This document shows positions 43,411 to 53,127 of a stretch of DNA of 60,936 nt, in pieces. Under the pieces are notes generated by a model. That model did no database searches, was not told where the DNA came from, and saw only the letters and a program-made list of their open reading frames with translations. The translations under genes and the position numbers were made by a program. The DNA lies in the NCBI GenBank assembly GCA_016207245.1, contig JACQQA010000007.1:1-60936 (forward strand), written 5' to 3'. Numbering within the stretch: the first letter of the stretch is position 1; the number at the start of each line of letters is the position of its first letter. Source of the stretch: Candidatus Magasanikiibacteriota bacterium. GTDB lineage: Bacteria; Patescibacteriota; Patescibacteriia; Magasanikbacterales; UBA922.

Positions 43411-44523
43411 TTGTATGCTAACTTTGATATGTCTCTTTCATCCAACTACAAAATTTACTCCACCTCCAAAGACGCTTGGGACGCGATGTATCAGGCGATT
43501 TCAAGCGCACAAAAGTCAATTTATTGGGAGTTGTATATTTTTCTTGATGATGAAGCCGGTAATCCATTTTTTGATTTGTTGGAACAAAAAGCCAAAGCGG
43601 GGGTTGACGTGAAAATTGTGGTTGATTCGCTGGGCAGTTTTTGGCTGTCAAACAGGCGAATAAAGCGTCTGCGCGAGGCAGGAGTTGATTTTCGTTTTTT
43701 TTATGAGCGCAAAAAGCGTTATCGTGGCTGGTGGAAACGTTTGTGGAGTAGGACGCATCGCAAAATTTTGATCATTGATCAGACAATCGGTTTTATCGGC
43801 GGCGTCAACGTCGGCAAAGAAATGAAAGATTGGTTGGATATTCATGTGCGGTTGGAAGGAAACGTGGTGCACTCGCTCTTGCGCGCATTTGCTAAATCGT
43901 ATATTATTTGCGGCGGCGAGAAAAAGAATGTCCGTCGATTTTTAAAACATAAATTATTTTTTTCACGCGGAGATGGTGAGTTGATTTTGGATGAACCGCA
44001 CGCCCGGCATTCCTCGGCGCGGGAAAGATATACCAAGGCGCTTTCGCTGGCCCGCAGGCGGGTAATTTTTTTTTCGCCGTATTATTTTCCAGATAAAAAA
44101 TTTTTACTGGCCTTGTGGCACGCGCGCAAGAGAGGCGTCAGAGTTGATTTATTGATTCCATTCCGCACCGATGTGAAAATAATGGCGCTTGTTACTTATA
44201 CTTGGTTTTCTTTGTTAAGAAAAGCCGGGGTTAAAGTGCATTTAATCGACCAGATGTTGCACGGTAAGGGAGTCATTGTTGACGATGATTGGGCGATGGT
44301 GGGAAGCAGCAATCTTGAGCATACCAGTTTTTATGATAACTACGAAGCAAATTTAAAAATAGAAGATAAGGCGGCCATCAAATTTATTAAAGATGTTGTG
44401 GAAAGTTGGATAATGAAATCAAAGCATTTATACGATAACCCTTCAATTAAATACAGCTTTTGGCAGAGGTTTCAACAGCGGGTCGCCGTTAAGTTGTATA
44501 GATTGTGGCATGGGGAGAAGTGA
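43411..44523 (+). CDS. Phospholipase D / cardiolipin synthase-family protein
   Basis: Two HKD motifs: HRKILIIDQTIGFIGGVN and LHGKGVIVDDDWAMVGSSN. Confidence 0.85.
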   Translation: MYANFDMSLSSNYKIYSTSKDAWDAMYQAISSAQKSIYWELYIFLDDEAGNPFFDLLEQKAKAGVDVKIVVDSLGSFWLSNRRIKRLREAGVDFRFFYERKKRYRGWWKRLWSRTHRKILIIDQTIGFIGGVNVGKEMKDWLDIHVRLEGNVVHSLLRAFAKSYIICGGEKKNVRRFLKHKLFFSRGDGELILDEPHARHSSARERYTKALSLARRRVIFFSPYYFPDKKFLLALWHARKRGVRVDLLIPFRTDVKIMALVTYTWFSLLRKAGVKVHLIDQMLHGKGVIVDDDWAMVGSSNLEHTSFYDNYEANLKIEDKAAIKFIKDVVESWIMKSKHLYDNPSIKYSFWQRFQQRVAVKLYRLWHGEK

Positions 44524-44529
44524 TCGGCG

Positions 44530-45786
44530 ATGAATTATGAATTAAGAATTATGAACACCGATAAAATTCAACCACTCGCCGACAGAATGCGGCCGCGGAG
44601 TTTCGCGGAATTTGTTGGGCAGGAAGAAATAGCGAGCAGCGGGAAATTATTGAGAAAATTAGTGGAAAATGATGAATTATCTTCTATCATTTTTTGGGGT
44701 CCGCCGGGAGTGGGGAAAACCACTTTGGCGCAGATAATCGCTAATCAAACCAAGGCGCATTTTGTTGTTTTGTCAGCTGTAGACGCCGGCAAAGAAGAGT
44801 TGAGAAAAGTGGTTAGAGAAGCCAAAGACAGGTCGCATGAGATAGAAAGACAAAGAACAATTTTATTTATTGACGAGATTCATCGCTGGAATAAAGCCCA
44901 GCAGGACGCGCTTTTGCCGTGCGTGGAGCGCGGAGATATTATTTTAATCGGCGCGACCACGGAAAATCCATCGTTTGAAATTATCGGCCCGCTATTATCG
45001 CGCTCGCGGGTGTTTATTTTGAAAAGTTTGACGGAAAAAAATATTTTTGAAATTATCAAACGGACGTTAAAAGATAAAGAAAGGGGATTGGGCGGTTATG
45101 AAATAAAAATCGAAAATGAAGTTATAGAATTATTGGCAGGATTATCCGGTGGCGACGCGCGGGTGGCGTTGAATGGGCTTGAACTCGCATTCAAATCTAA
45201 AATCATTCCGCCAGCTGGCGGACATAAATCTAAAATCACCACCGACGATATTAAAGAATCGTTGCAGAGGACGCATTTGATTTTTGACAAGAAAGGCGAG
45301 GAGTTTTACAATTTAATCTCGGCATTGCACAAATCAATGCGCGGGTCGGACGCAAACGCGGCGCTATATTGGCTCGCGAGAATGTTGGAGGGCGGTTGTG
45401 ATCCGCTGTATGTCGCGCGCAGAGTTTTGCGGTTTGCCAGCGAGGATGTCGGGATGGCAAACAGCGAAGCATTGATTCAGGCTAACGCGGCTTATGACGC
45501 TTGCCATAAAATCGGTTTTCCGGAATGCGCCGTGCATTTAGCTCAAGCGGTTGTCTATTGCGCGAAGTCCAAAAAGTCCAATTTGCTGTATGTCGCTTAC
45601 GGCAAAGCCGCCGCAGACGCGCGCAACACCTCTCATCTTGGCGTTCCCATTCATCTTCGCAACGCTCCCACCAAATTTATGAAAGAGATCGGGTATGGTA
45701 AGGATTACAAGTATAATCCGGATTTTGACAAGCCGGTGGAGCAGGAATATATGCCGAACGAGCTAAAGGAGAAAAAATATTTATGA
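44530..45786 (+). CDS. rarA: Replication-associated recombination protein A (AAA+ ATPase)
   Basis: GPPGVGKTTLA, LFIDEIHRWNK, and the MgsA C-terminal region (ALHKSMRGSDANAALYWLARM). Confidence 0.9.
   Translation: MNYELRIMNTDKIQPLADRMRPRSFAEFVGQEEIASSGKLLRKLVENDELSSIIFWGPPGVGKTTLAQIIANQTKAHFVVLSAVDAGKEELRKVVREAKDRSHEIERQRTILFIDEIHRWNKAQQDALLPCVERGDIILIGATTENPSFEIIGPLLSRSRVFILKSLTEKNIFEIIKRTLKDKERGLGGYEIKIENEVIELLAGLSGGDARVALNGLELAFKSKIIPPAGGHKSKITTDDIKESLQRTHLIFDKKGEEFYNLISALHKSMRGSDANAALYWLARMLEGGCDPLYVARRVLRFASEDVGMANSEALIQANAAYDACHKIGFPECAVHLAQAVVYCAKSKKSNLLYVAYGKAAADARNTSHLGVPIHLRNAPTKFMKEIGYGKDYKYNPDFDKPVEQEYMPNELKEKKYL
45192..45237. repeat. Family-C short element in frame in rarA
   Basis: caaatctaaaat + cattccgccagctggcgga + cataaatctaaaat, read as KSKIIPPAGGHKSKI. 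Confidence 0.85.
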
Positions 45787-46325
45787 TAAGGTTTTTGTTG
45801 CATGCCTGTTGCGCTCCATGCGGTATCGCGGTAATTGACGAGTTAAAAAGCCAGTATGATTTGACCGTCTTTTTTTATAACAACAATATTTATCCGGAAG
45901 AAGAATATCTCAAGCGAAAAAAATACGTTGTACAAATATGTGATGAGTGGTTGATTCCAATGATAGATTTTGACTATAATCAAACGGACTGGCGCGAAGC
46001 GGTTCAAGGATTAGAAAACGAGCCGGAAGGCGGGGCGAGATGTTCAAAATGTTTTAGATTGCGATTGGAAACAACCGCACGGTATGCCAAAGAAAATAAT
46101 TTTGATATTTTTTGTACCACATTGACCAGCGGCAGAAATAAAAAAGCCGAAGTTATCAATCCCATCGGCGTGGAGGTTGGTTTAAAATATGGCGTTATGT
46201 TTTTTGAAACAGATTGGAAGAAGGCTGGCAGGCAACAGAAAGCGAGAAAAATGGTAGAGGAGCGTGGAATTTATCGGCAGAATTATTGTGGCTGCCGGTT
46301 TTCACATAACAATTTAATAATTTAA
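45783..46325 (+). CDS. queH: Epoxyqueuosine reductase QueH (DUF208)
   Basis: LLHACCAPCG and CSKCFRLRL cysteine motifs. Length is 180 aa. Confidence 0.8.
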   Translation: MIRFLLHACCAPCGIAVIDELKSQYDLTVFFYNNNIYPEEEYLKRKKYVVQICDEWLIPMIDFDYNQTDWREAVQGLENEPEGGARCSKCFRLRLETTARYAKENNFDIFCTTLTSGRNKKAEVINPIGVEVGLKYGVMFFETDWKKAGRQQKARKMVEERGIYRQNYCGCRFSHNNLII

Positions 46326-46988
46326 CAATTTAGCAATCCGATGTATCACATACAGCCTCCACCCAATCAGCATTATCTCCAACCCCATTTTGATTCTCGC
46401 GAGGATGCCCAGTAAAGGCCCTCGCTTTTTTTCTTTTATCACATGTCTAATGCCTTCGAGAAAACAATGACCGACTTTTTGACCGCTGGTTTTAGCAAAA
46501 TAATTTAGCGCGATTTCCATTTGATAACCCCTTTTATATTTGTTAGGAATTTTTAGCCACAATTCTTTTTTTATCACCCGCAATCCGGAGATGAGAGGCA
46601 GGAAGCGCATTATTTTATTTAACCAATAAGCCCGTCGTCTTATCACGCCAATATACATGATGCGGTTACCGTTGAGTACTGGCAAAATAATTTTTTCCAT
46701 TTTTTGCGCGGTGAAGCCGGTGATGTCCGCGTCAACAAACATGATTATTGAGTTTTTTGCCGCTTTTACGCCCGATTCCATCGCCGCGGATTTTCCGGTA
46801 TTATTTTTGCGGGAAATAACCCGCGCGTCAGCTAACCGCGTTATTTTCGCCGTATCATCGTCCGATCCGTCATCAACAACAATAACCTCGTCAACTAATT
46901 GGCAATTTTTCAACTCGCGTATAATCGGCTCAATAGTTTTTTCCTCATTATAAGCCGGAATCACTGCGCTCACTTTTTCTGTAGGCAT
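46314..46988 (-). CDS. Family 2 glycosyltransferase
   Basis: VSAVIPAYNEEKTI, VVDDGSDDDT and DADI. I prefer the ATG at 46988 (MPTEKVSAV). The track's start at 47036 reads through an ATCTC-rich repeat. Confidence 0.8.
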   Translation of the reverse strand: MPTEKVSAVIPAYNEEKTIEPIIRELKNCQLVDEVIVVDDGSDDDTAKITRLADARVISRKNNTGKSAAMESGVKAAKNSIIMFVDADITGFTAQKMEKIILPVLNGNRIMYIGVIRRRAYWLNKIMRFLPLISGLRVIKKELWLKIPNKYKRGYQMEIALNYFAKTSGQKVGHCFLEGIRHVIKEKKRGPLLGILARIKMGLEIMLIGWRLYVIHRIAKLLNY

Positions 46989-47032
46989 ATCTCTTACTCT
47001 CCTATCTCTTATATTTTTTATCTCTATATATC

Positions 47033-47458
47033 TCAATTTATCTCCACTCTTCTTCTCTCACCTTCCACCTCAATAGAAACCCTCTTCACTCTCTTGCCTT
47101 CCAGTAATCCACTAGCTTTCTCCGGCCACTCAATCACACAAACAGTCTCCGGATCGCCAATATAATCCTCCACCCCGATTTCGTACAGTTGTTTTTCGTT
47201 TTTTAATCTGTAAGTATCAATATGCGCCAATATTTTAATCTTGCAATCTTTCAATCTTTTAATATTATACACTTTCATCAACCCAAACGTGGGGCTAACT
47301 ATATTTTTTTTAATTCCTAATCCGGCAGCAATCCCTCTCGTTAACGTAGTTTTTCCCGCTCCCAATTCGCCATACAACAAAATCACATCGCCGCCTTTTA
47401 ATTCAGCGGCGATTTTTTTACCAAATGAAATCATTTGTGTTTCGGTTTTGATGTCCAT
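47033..47458 (-). CDS. tsaE: tRNA t6A biosynthesis ATPase TsaE
   Basis: LYGELGAGKTTLTRGI...VSPTF. Confidence 0.85.
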   Translation of the reverse strand: MDIKTETQMISFGKKIAAELKGGDVILLYGELGAGKTTLTRGIAAGLGIKKNIVSPTFGLMKVYNIKRLKDCKIKILAHIDTYRLKNEKQLYEIGVEDYIGDPETVCVIEWPEKASGLLEGKRVKRVSIEVEGERRRVEIN

Positions 47459-48708
47459 AAAATACCAGTTTGATCAGTCAGCCATCTCCACAATGATTTA
47501 ACTTCAATAGTGGTTCCATTTTGTTTGATTGTCTTTTCTTGATTAATGGTTAGAATCAGTCCTTTTTTAAGATGGCTGGCTTTCATTGCTTCCAACAATC
47601 CGCTTATTTCTCTTTCCTGATTTTCATCTCCCAAGTGGGTCGTAACTTGAATTGCCGAGGTGATTTTGTTTTTTTCTTTTATCAGAAAATCGCATTCTTT
47701 TTTGTTTTTGAAATAATAAATTTCATGCCCGCGCCGTTTCAATTCAATAAACACCGAATTTTCCAATAATCGCCCTTTGTCTTCGGATACGGAGAAAGCT
47801 ATTTCATTACGCAGGCCGTTATCAATCACAAAAACTTTTTTGTCGGAAATAAATTGTTTTTTAAGCGAGTAGTCATATTTCATCAATTCAAAAACCAAAT
47901 AGGCCTCGGTCATAAAGCCGACATGTTTACGTACTGACATTGGGCTTTTGTAACCCAGAGCTTTTTTAAGACCATTATAACTGATTTCTTTGCCGACATT
48001 GGAAAAAAGATAAGCCGCCAATTGCTGGAATAATTTGGTCTCTCTGATTTTGAATCTGGCGATCAGATCTTTGTATAACACATCTTCATAGATTCTTTTT
48101 AGGTATTCTTTTTCTTGATATTTTATGGCTTCGGGAAATCCGCCGCCGGTCAGATATTCGTCAAAGTTTTTTAACATGGCCGCTTGTCCGGCGGAAGAAC
48201 GGTCAGCCGGATTTATATTTTTAAATGTCAGAAATTCCCGAAAAGAGAAAGGGTAAAGTTCAATTTTAAAATAACGGCCGGTTAAATGCGTGGCCAATTC
48301 CGAGCTCAACAGTTTGGCATTGGAGCCGGTGACAAAAATTTTATAGCCCTCTTCGTAAAGACGGCGCGCAAACCTTTCCCAACCGATTATATTTTGCACC
48401 TCATCCATAAAGATGACCGCGGCTTCGCGCGATTTTTTGAAAACCAACATTAAATTGGAAAAATCATCAACGGTAAAGTTGATTAGTCGTTCATCATCAA
48501 AAGTGATGTAGTAGAAATCCGGGAAGCGGGCGGAGAATTGTTTGAGCAGAGTGGATTTTCCACTGCGCCGGACCCCGGAGATGGCGGTTATTTGTTTGGT
48601 TTTGAGGTATTTGGAAAAGTCCACCTCTCTGGCAATGCCGATATCTTTTACATCAAAGTTTTTCTTTTGATCGGCGATGATTTGTTCAAGTAAATTTAGC
48701 TCTATCAT
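47431..48708 (-). CDS. AAA-family ATPase with a DUF4143-like C-terminal domain
   Basis: Walker A GVRRSGKSTLL and Walker B IFMDEVQ. The architecture is typical of the AAA_14/DUF4143 family. Confidence 0.7.
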   Translation of the reverse strand: MIELNLLEQIIADQKKNFDVKDIGIAREVDFSKYLKTKQITAISGVRRSGKSTLLKQFSARFPDFYYITFDDERLINFTVDDFSNLMLVFKKSREAAVIFMDEVQNIIGWERFARRLYEEGYKIFVTGSNAKLLSSELATHLTGRYFKIELYPFSFREFLTFKNINPADRSSAGQAAMLKNFDEYLTGGGFPEAIKYQEKEYLKRIYEDVLYKDLIARFKIRETKLFQQLAAYLFSNVGKEISYNGLKKALGYKSPMSVRKHVGFMTEAYLVFELMKYDYSLKKQFISDKKVFVIDNGLRNEIAFSVSEDKGRLLENSVFIELKRRGHEIYYFKNKKECDFLIKEKNKITSAIQVTTHLGDENQEREISGLLEAMKASHLKKGLILTINQEKTIKQNGTTIEVKSLWRWLTDQTGILWTSKPKHK

Positions 48709-48877
48709 ATATTACTAATATATATTAGGTGTAATTTTGTATATTACTAATATACAGTAAGAGTGGTGTTTTGTCAAGGATTTATCCACAGTTGGGGGGG
48801 TTGTAATTAAGAGAGAGAGAGAGAGTAGTATTTAGTTAGATTAGAAGATTATAATTCTTATTTATTAAACAAAATAT

Positions 48878-49189
48878 ATGAGTGAACCAACAAGAGGGGC
48901 GGGTAACCCTTCAGAAAATGAGCAACCAAAAGAAACAATCGAAAGTTTTGTAAAACGCGTTGAGGAGGCAACAGGGCTTAAATTGAATCGTATTCCTGAC
49001 GCTCCGCCTGATGATTTGCTCGGTGGATCGATTATTGAGAGATCTCCATACGGAACGCTGATTTTTAGAGATTTATCTCATCAAGATGCGGACGGTAATG
49101 ATATTTTTGATAAAGCGGCAATTGTCAATAGATCAAAAGAGCTTCTTGAAGCTGATCCAGATGCTGATGGATTGATGTCACACGATTAA
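48878..49189 (+). CDS. Hypothetical acidic protein with an MSEPxRGxGNPSE N-terminus
   Basis: Open frame. Its N-terminal motif is related to the two downstream genes. Confidence 0.5.
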   Translation: MSEPTRGAGNPSENEQPKETIESFVKRVEEATGLKLNRIPDAPPDDLLGGSIIERSPYGTLIFRDLSHQDADGNDIFDKAAIVNRSKELLEADPDADGLMSHD

Positions 49190-49191
49190 TA

Positions 49192-49863
49192 TTGATAAAA
49201 AACGTAAAAATTTATTCTATGTCAGATCCAAAACGAGGTTATAATCCAGATGAGATAGCGCGTGAAACAGAAACACCATTGGAAATAGCACGAAAAGCGG
49301 TTGATTCAACTATTGCTAATATCAGTCAGGAATTATCGACGGAGTTACATCAGAAATACGCCGGAGACAAGGAACAGGTGGCATCTGATTTACGAAAATA
49401 TAATGAGGAGGCTGGGCCTGAAGGGTGGAAATATGTAATAATAGATAATTCTAGCTTTGGGGAAGTCGGCGGCGGGGCTATTGATTTGGGGGCATTTTTA
49501 GCAAGTAAGTTTGGGGCTTCTTTCGAAATTTTACCAGAATTAAAAAATCAAGGAATTGAATCAATACGTAAATATTGGAAAATTTTAGCTGATTTGGAAA
49601 AAACGAGTGAAAAAAAACGAATCATTCTCACAGGAAATGAGGCTGTGTTTTTAGCTGCACAAAACACGGTATACGATGGAAAAGTTAATCACAATGAAAT
49701 GGTATTTTTAGTAAGTGACAAAACGGAGGGTAAGAGTGGTGTTGAATCAGTAGTTATGAAGCGTGTACGTTTAAACGAAAGAGGCGCGAGGATGGAGGAA
49801 TGGCCTGGCACTGACGAAGGGGATTTTTACGACTGGAAAGCCGAGGCTTTGCATATCAGATGA
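49192..49863 (+). CDS. Hypothetical protein with a (KIYS)MSDPKRGYNPDE N-terminus
   Basis: TTG at 49192 or ATG at 49219. The 5' 48 nt are near-identical to the 5' end of the next gene. Confidence 0.55.
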   Translation: MIKNVKIYSMSDPKRGYNPDEIARETETPLEIARKAVDSTIANISQELSTELHQKYAGDKEQVASDLRKYNEEAGPEGWKYVIIDNSSFGEVGGGAIDLGAFLASKFGASFEILPELKNQGIESIRKYWKILADLEKTSEKKRIILTGNEAVFLAAQNTVYDGKVNHNEMVFLVSDKTEGKSGVESVVMKRVRLNERGARMEEWPGTDEGDFYDWKAEALHIR

Positions 49864-50411
49864 AAATTTTAAAAATTTATTCTATGCCAGATCCAAAACC
49901 AGGTTTTAATCCAGATGAGTCTAAAGTTAACACTGGTGGAGAGCCAACAGGTCAGGATTATTTTAATGCTTCTAGATTTGAAAAAATAAAAGGTATTTAT
50001 ACAAATTATATAGAAGAAAGAAAAAAGCTCACAAAATTGTACGATGAAAAACTGAAAGATTTTCCGATTACACTAGGGCCTTGGAAAAAAATTAAAGACA
50101 GAAGTGGCATTGACGTAAAAGGATTTATTTTTAATACATGGCAGAGAGAACCCGACAGCAGATTCACAGAGGACGATCACGGCGTTTCATATGATTTTAG
50201 CGAACCCCACCTCAACAGATTTATTGCTGGCGTTTTAGAGAGAGAAGGAAAATTTATCGCTAAAGCACTAAGCGTAACAATAAAAGATGTGATTGGAACT
50301 TATTCTTCTCTTGAAGATGCTCAAAAAGCCGCAGACGAATTTACCAAGCAAAAACTTAATGAATATCAAGAAAAACAAAAACGCGGTGACGAGATGGATA
50401 GTGATGAATAG
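49860..50411 (+). CDS. Hypothetical protein with a (KIYS)MPDPKPGFNPDE N-terminus
   Basis: The ATG overlaps the upstream stop (ATGA). An alternative ATG is at 49884. Confidence 0.55.
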   Translation: MKILKIYSMPDPKPGFNPDESKVNTGGEPTGQDYFNASRFEKIKGIYTNYIEERKKLTKLYDEKLKDFPITLGPWKKIKDRSGIDVKGFIFNTWQREPDSRFTEDDHGVSYDFSEPHLNRFIAGVLEREGKFIAKALSVTIKDVIGTYSSLEDAQKAADEFTKQKLNEYQEKQKRGDEMDSDE

Positions 50412-50477
50412 TTTGGAAATAGAACAGACTATTCAAAAAAGCAACGTAGTTTTTATATAGAATGTGAGATTCTCTAA

Positions 50478-51734
50478 TTAAGTTTGGGGTGACGATTGGA
50501 AATACAACGGGAATTTTTTAGTCAGTTCAATCACTTGCCGGCGGATATTTGCCAGCTCGGTTTCGTTTTGCCAATTGACAACTGCCTCGTTAATCCACTC
50601 TGCGATTATTTTCATCTCTTCTTCTTTCATCCCGCGAGTGGTAATGGCCGGCGTGCCCAGACGGATGCCAGATGGATCCATGGGTGAGCGCGGATCATCC
50701 GGCACCATATTTTTATTCACAGTAATGCCAGCCGCATCCAAAGCGATTTGAGCTTGTTTGCCGGACAGTCCTTTATTTGTCACATCAATCAACAACAAAT
50801 GATTGTCCGTGCCGCCAAAACATAATTTGTAATCGCGTTTGATAAATTCCGCTTCCAAAACTTTAGCGTTTTTTTTAATTTGGCGCGCGTAATCCTTGAA
50901 AGCGGGTTCCAGCGCTTCTTTGAAAGCCACGGCTTTAGCCGCGATATTGTTTTCATGCGGTCCGCCTTGGAGTCCGGGAAAAACCGCCTTGTCAATTTGT
51001 TTTGCCCATTTTTCTTTGCACATAATCATACCGCCTCTTGGACCGCGCAATGTTTTGTGAGTGGTGGTCGTAACAACATCAAAAATTGGCACGGGATTGT
51101 TCATCTCTCCGGCGGCAACAAGTCCGGCAATATGGGCGATGTCAGCCATAGTGAGCGCGCCAACTTCGTCAGCGATTTTTTTGATGGCTTCGTATTCAAT
51201 TTCGCGCGAATAGGCGCTGTAACCCACTAAAATCATTTTGGGCTTGTGTTCCAATGCCATTTGCCGCAAATTATCTAAATCAATCTTTCCTTCCGCGTTG
51301 GTTTTATAACGTATAAAATTAAAAATTTTTGCCATGTAAGTAACCGGATGGCCATGTGTAAGGTGTCCCCCATGGGATAAATCCATGCCGAGTATTGTTT
51401 CGCTTGGCTGAAGCAGGGCAAAATATACGGCGATATTGGCTGGCGCGCCGGATAATGGCTGAACATTCACATGTTCGGCATTAAAAAGTTGTTTGGCGCG
51501 GTCAATGGCCAGTTTTTCCACCTCATCAATAAATTCACAACCGCCGTAATATCGTTTGCCCGGGTAGCCTTCGGAATATTTATTCGTTAAAACAGAACCC
51601 AATGCTTCCAAAACCGCTAGCGACACAAAGTTTTCCGATGGAATCATTTCCAGGCCTTCTTCTTGGCGTTTGAGTTCACGATCTATTGCATTTTTAATGT
51701 CCGGATCAAATTGAGAGAGCGGTTGTTTGTTCAT
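50478..51734 (-). CDS. glyA: Serine hydroxymethyltransferase
   Basis: [20 protein letters not shown] and [14 protein letters not shown] (the PLP lysine). Confidence 0.95.
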   Translation of the reverse strand: MNKQPLSQFDPDIKNAIDRELKRQEEGLEMIPSENFVSLAVLEALGSVLTNKYSEGYPGKRYYGGCEFIDEVEKLAIDRAKQLFNAEHVNVQPLSGAPANIAVYFALLQPSETILGMDLSHGGHLTHGHPVTYMAKIFNFIRYKTNAEGKIDLDNLRQMALEHKPKMILVGYSAYSREIEYEAIKKIADEVGALTMADIAHIAGLVAAGEMNNPVPIFDVVTTTTHKTLRGPRGGMIMCKEKWAKQIDKAVFPGLQGGPHENNIAAKAVAFKEALEPAFKDYARQIKKNAKVLEAEFIKRDYKLCFGGTDNHLLLIDVTNKGLSGKQAQIALDAAGITVNKNMVPDDPRSPMDPSGIRLGTPAITTRGMKEEEMKIIAEWINEAVVNWQNETELANIRRQVIELTKKFPLYFQSSPQT

Positions 51735-51736
51735 AA

Positions 51737-52135
51737 TTATTTTAAATCTTTAATTATTTCATAAACATTGGGGGCGCAGTCTGATGGCAAATTATTTATA
51801 TCATGCCACGCCCACTCAATCGTCTCCGGCCCTGGTTTGATTTCGCCAATACGTTCAGCAAGATAATGCACCAAAATAACCAGCTTGTCTTCCGCCTGCG
51901 GTCTGCGCTGGATTATTGTGCGGAGCGGGCGGATTATTTTTATATCAATACCCAGCTCTTCTTTTACTTCTCGGCGGCAGGTTTCTTCCAGAGAAATGTC
52001 AAAATTCTCAACCATTCCGCCCGGAATCATCCAAACCGTTGAGCCATACTCTTTCTTTTCTTTATTAAGCAAAATCTTGCCGTTCTCTATAATAACCGGT
52101 CCGGAAGCGATGATTGTGCCTTGCGGTAGCTCCAT
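51737..52135 (-). CDS. NUDIX hydrolase
   Basis: Nudix box [25 protein letters not shown]. Confidence 0.85.
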   Translation of the reverse strand: MELPQGTIIASGPVIIENGKILLNKEKKEYGSTVWMIPGGMVENFDISLEETCRREVKEELGIDIKIIRPLRTIIQRRPQAEDKLVILVHYLAERIGEIKPGPETIEWAWHDINNLPSDCAPNVYEIIKDLK

Positions 52136-52192
52136 ATAATTGAAATTTAAGTGGTTTTATAGTATCATAGCCTTAATTTATTTTCAACAGCT

Positions 52193-53089
52193 ATGCTTTG
52201 GGTTTTTTTGGCGATTTCAGCCCATTTGGTTTGGGCTTTGGTTAACCTGCTTGACCGCTATGTCATGGAAAAGAGACTGAAAGAGCCGTTTTTTTACACG
52301 GTCGTTATTCTTATTTTTGACGGTCTGGCGAGTTTATTATTCCTGCCTTTTATCGCATTTCATTGGATCGGTTGGACGGCAGTGGTTGGCGCGCTGTTCG
52401 CCGGCATTGTTTTTATATTAGGTACTATATTTTTTAGCCGGGCCATTCAAATTGAAGAAGCAAGCCGCGTCAACATTCTTTGGGTGTTTATACCGATATT
52501 TGATTTTATTTTTGGTTGGTTATTATTAGGTGAAAAATTGGCCGGTAAACAGTTATTGGCTTTTATTATTTTGTTATCAGGAAGTTTAATCGCCTGCTTG
52601 CATTGGCGGGGCGGCAAGTGGAAATTTTCTCGCGCTTTTATTTTAATGCTGATAAGCTGTTTGTTTTATTCCGGCTATGATATTATCATAAGATATTTTA
52701 CGCGGTCAGCGCCGTTTTCTCTTTTGTATTTCATCGCGTCTTTTTCCATGCTGTTTTGGTTGGTTCCGATTTTATCAACAAAAAAATTCAGACAAAAATA
52801 TCAATCTGAATTCAAATATTTTAATTTGTCGCTTGCGGTTATCGCAGTTTTCGTTTCTTTTTTCAGCGGACTCGGTTTGTTTTTGAACACTCGGGCGATT
52901 TCATTGGGACCGGTTTCATTAGTCAGCGCGCTGGAAGGATTTCAAATGATTTTTGTTTTTGTCATCGCCGCGCTGTTGACTATTTTCGTCCCGCAGATAA
53001 TGAAAGAAGAGTTTGATCGAAAGAATTTGGTTTTGAAATTGATGGCGCTTGTGCTGATGTTGGGTGGAATAGCGGTGCTATACTTGTAA
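52193..53089 (+). CDS. EamA/DMT-family transporter
   Basis: About ten TM segments in two halves. Length is 298 aa. Confidence 0.65.
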   Translation: MLWVFLAISAHLVWALVNLLDRYVMEKRLKEPFFYTVVILIFDGLASLLFLPFIAFHWIGWTAVVGALFAGIVFILGTIFFSRAIQIEEASRVNILWVFIPIFDFIFGWLLLGEKLAGKQLLAFIILLSGSLIACLHWRGGKWKFSRAFILMLISCLFYSGYDIIIRYFTRSAPFSLLYFIASFSMLFWLVPILSTKKFRQKYQSEFKYFNLSLAVIAVFVSFFSGLGLFLNTRAISLGPVSLVSALEGFQMIFVFVIAALLTIFVPQIMKEEFDRKNLVLKLMALVLMLGGIAVLYL

Positions 53090-53127
53090 TCGCCGCAAAC
53101 TTTATGGACTTTAAAGACTTTTAGACT

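Noticed and set aside
15101-48790. DnaA boxes as evidence for a replication origin.
   Set aside because: The four exact boxes are spread over 34 kb rather than clustered. There is no dnaA or dnaN gene and no AT-rich unwinding element next to a box cluster.
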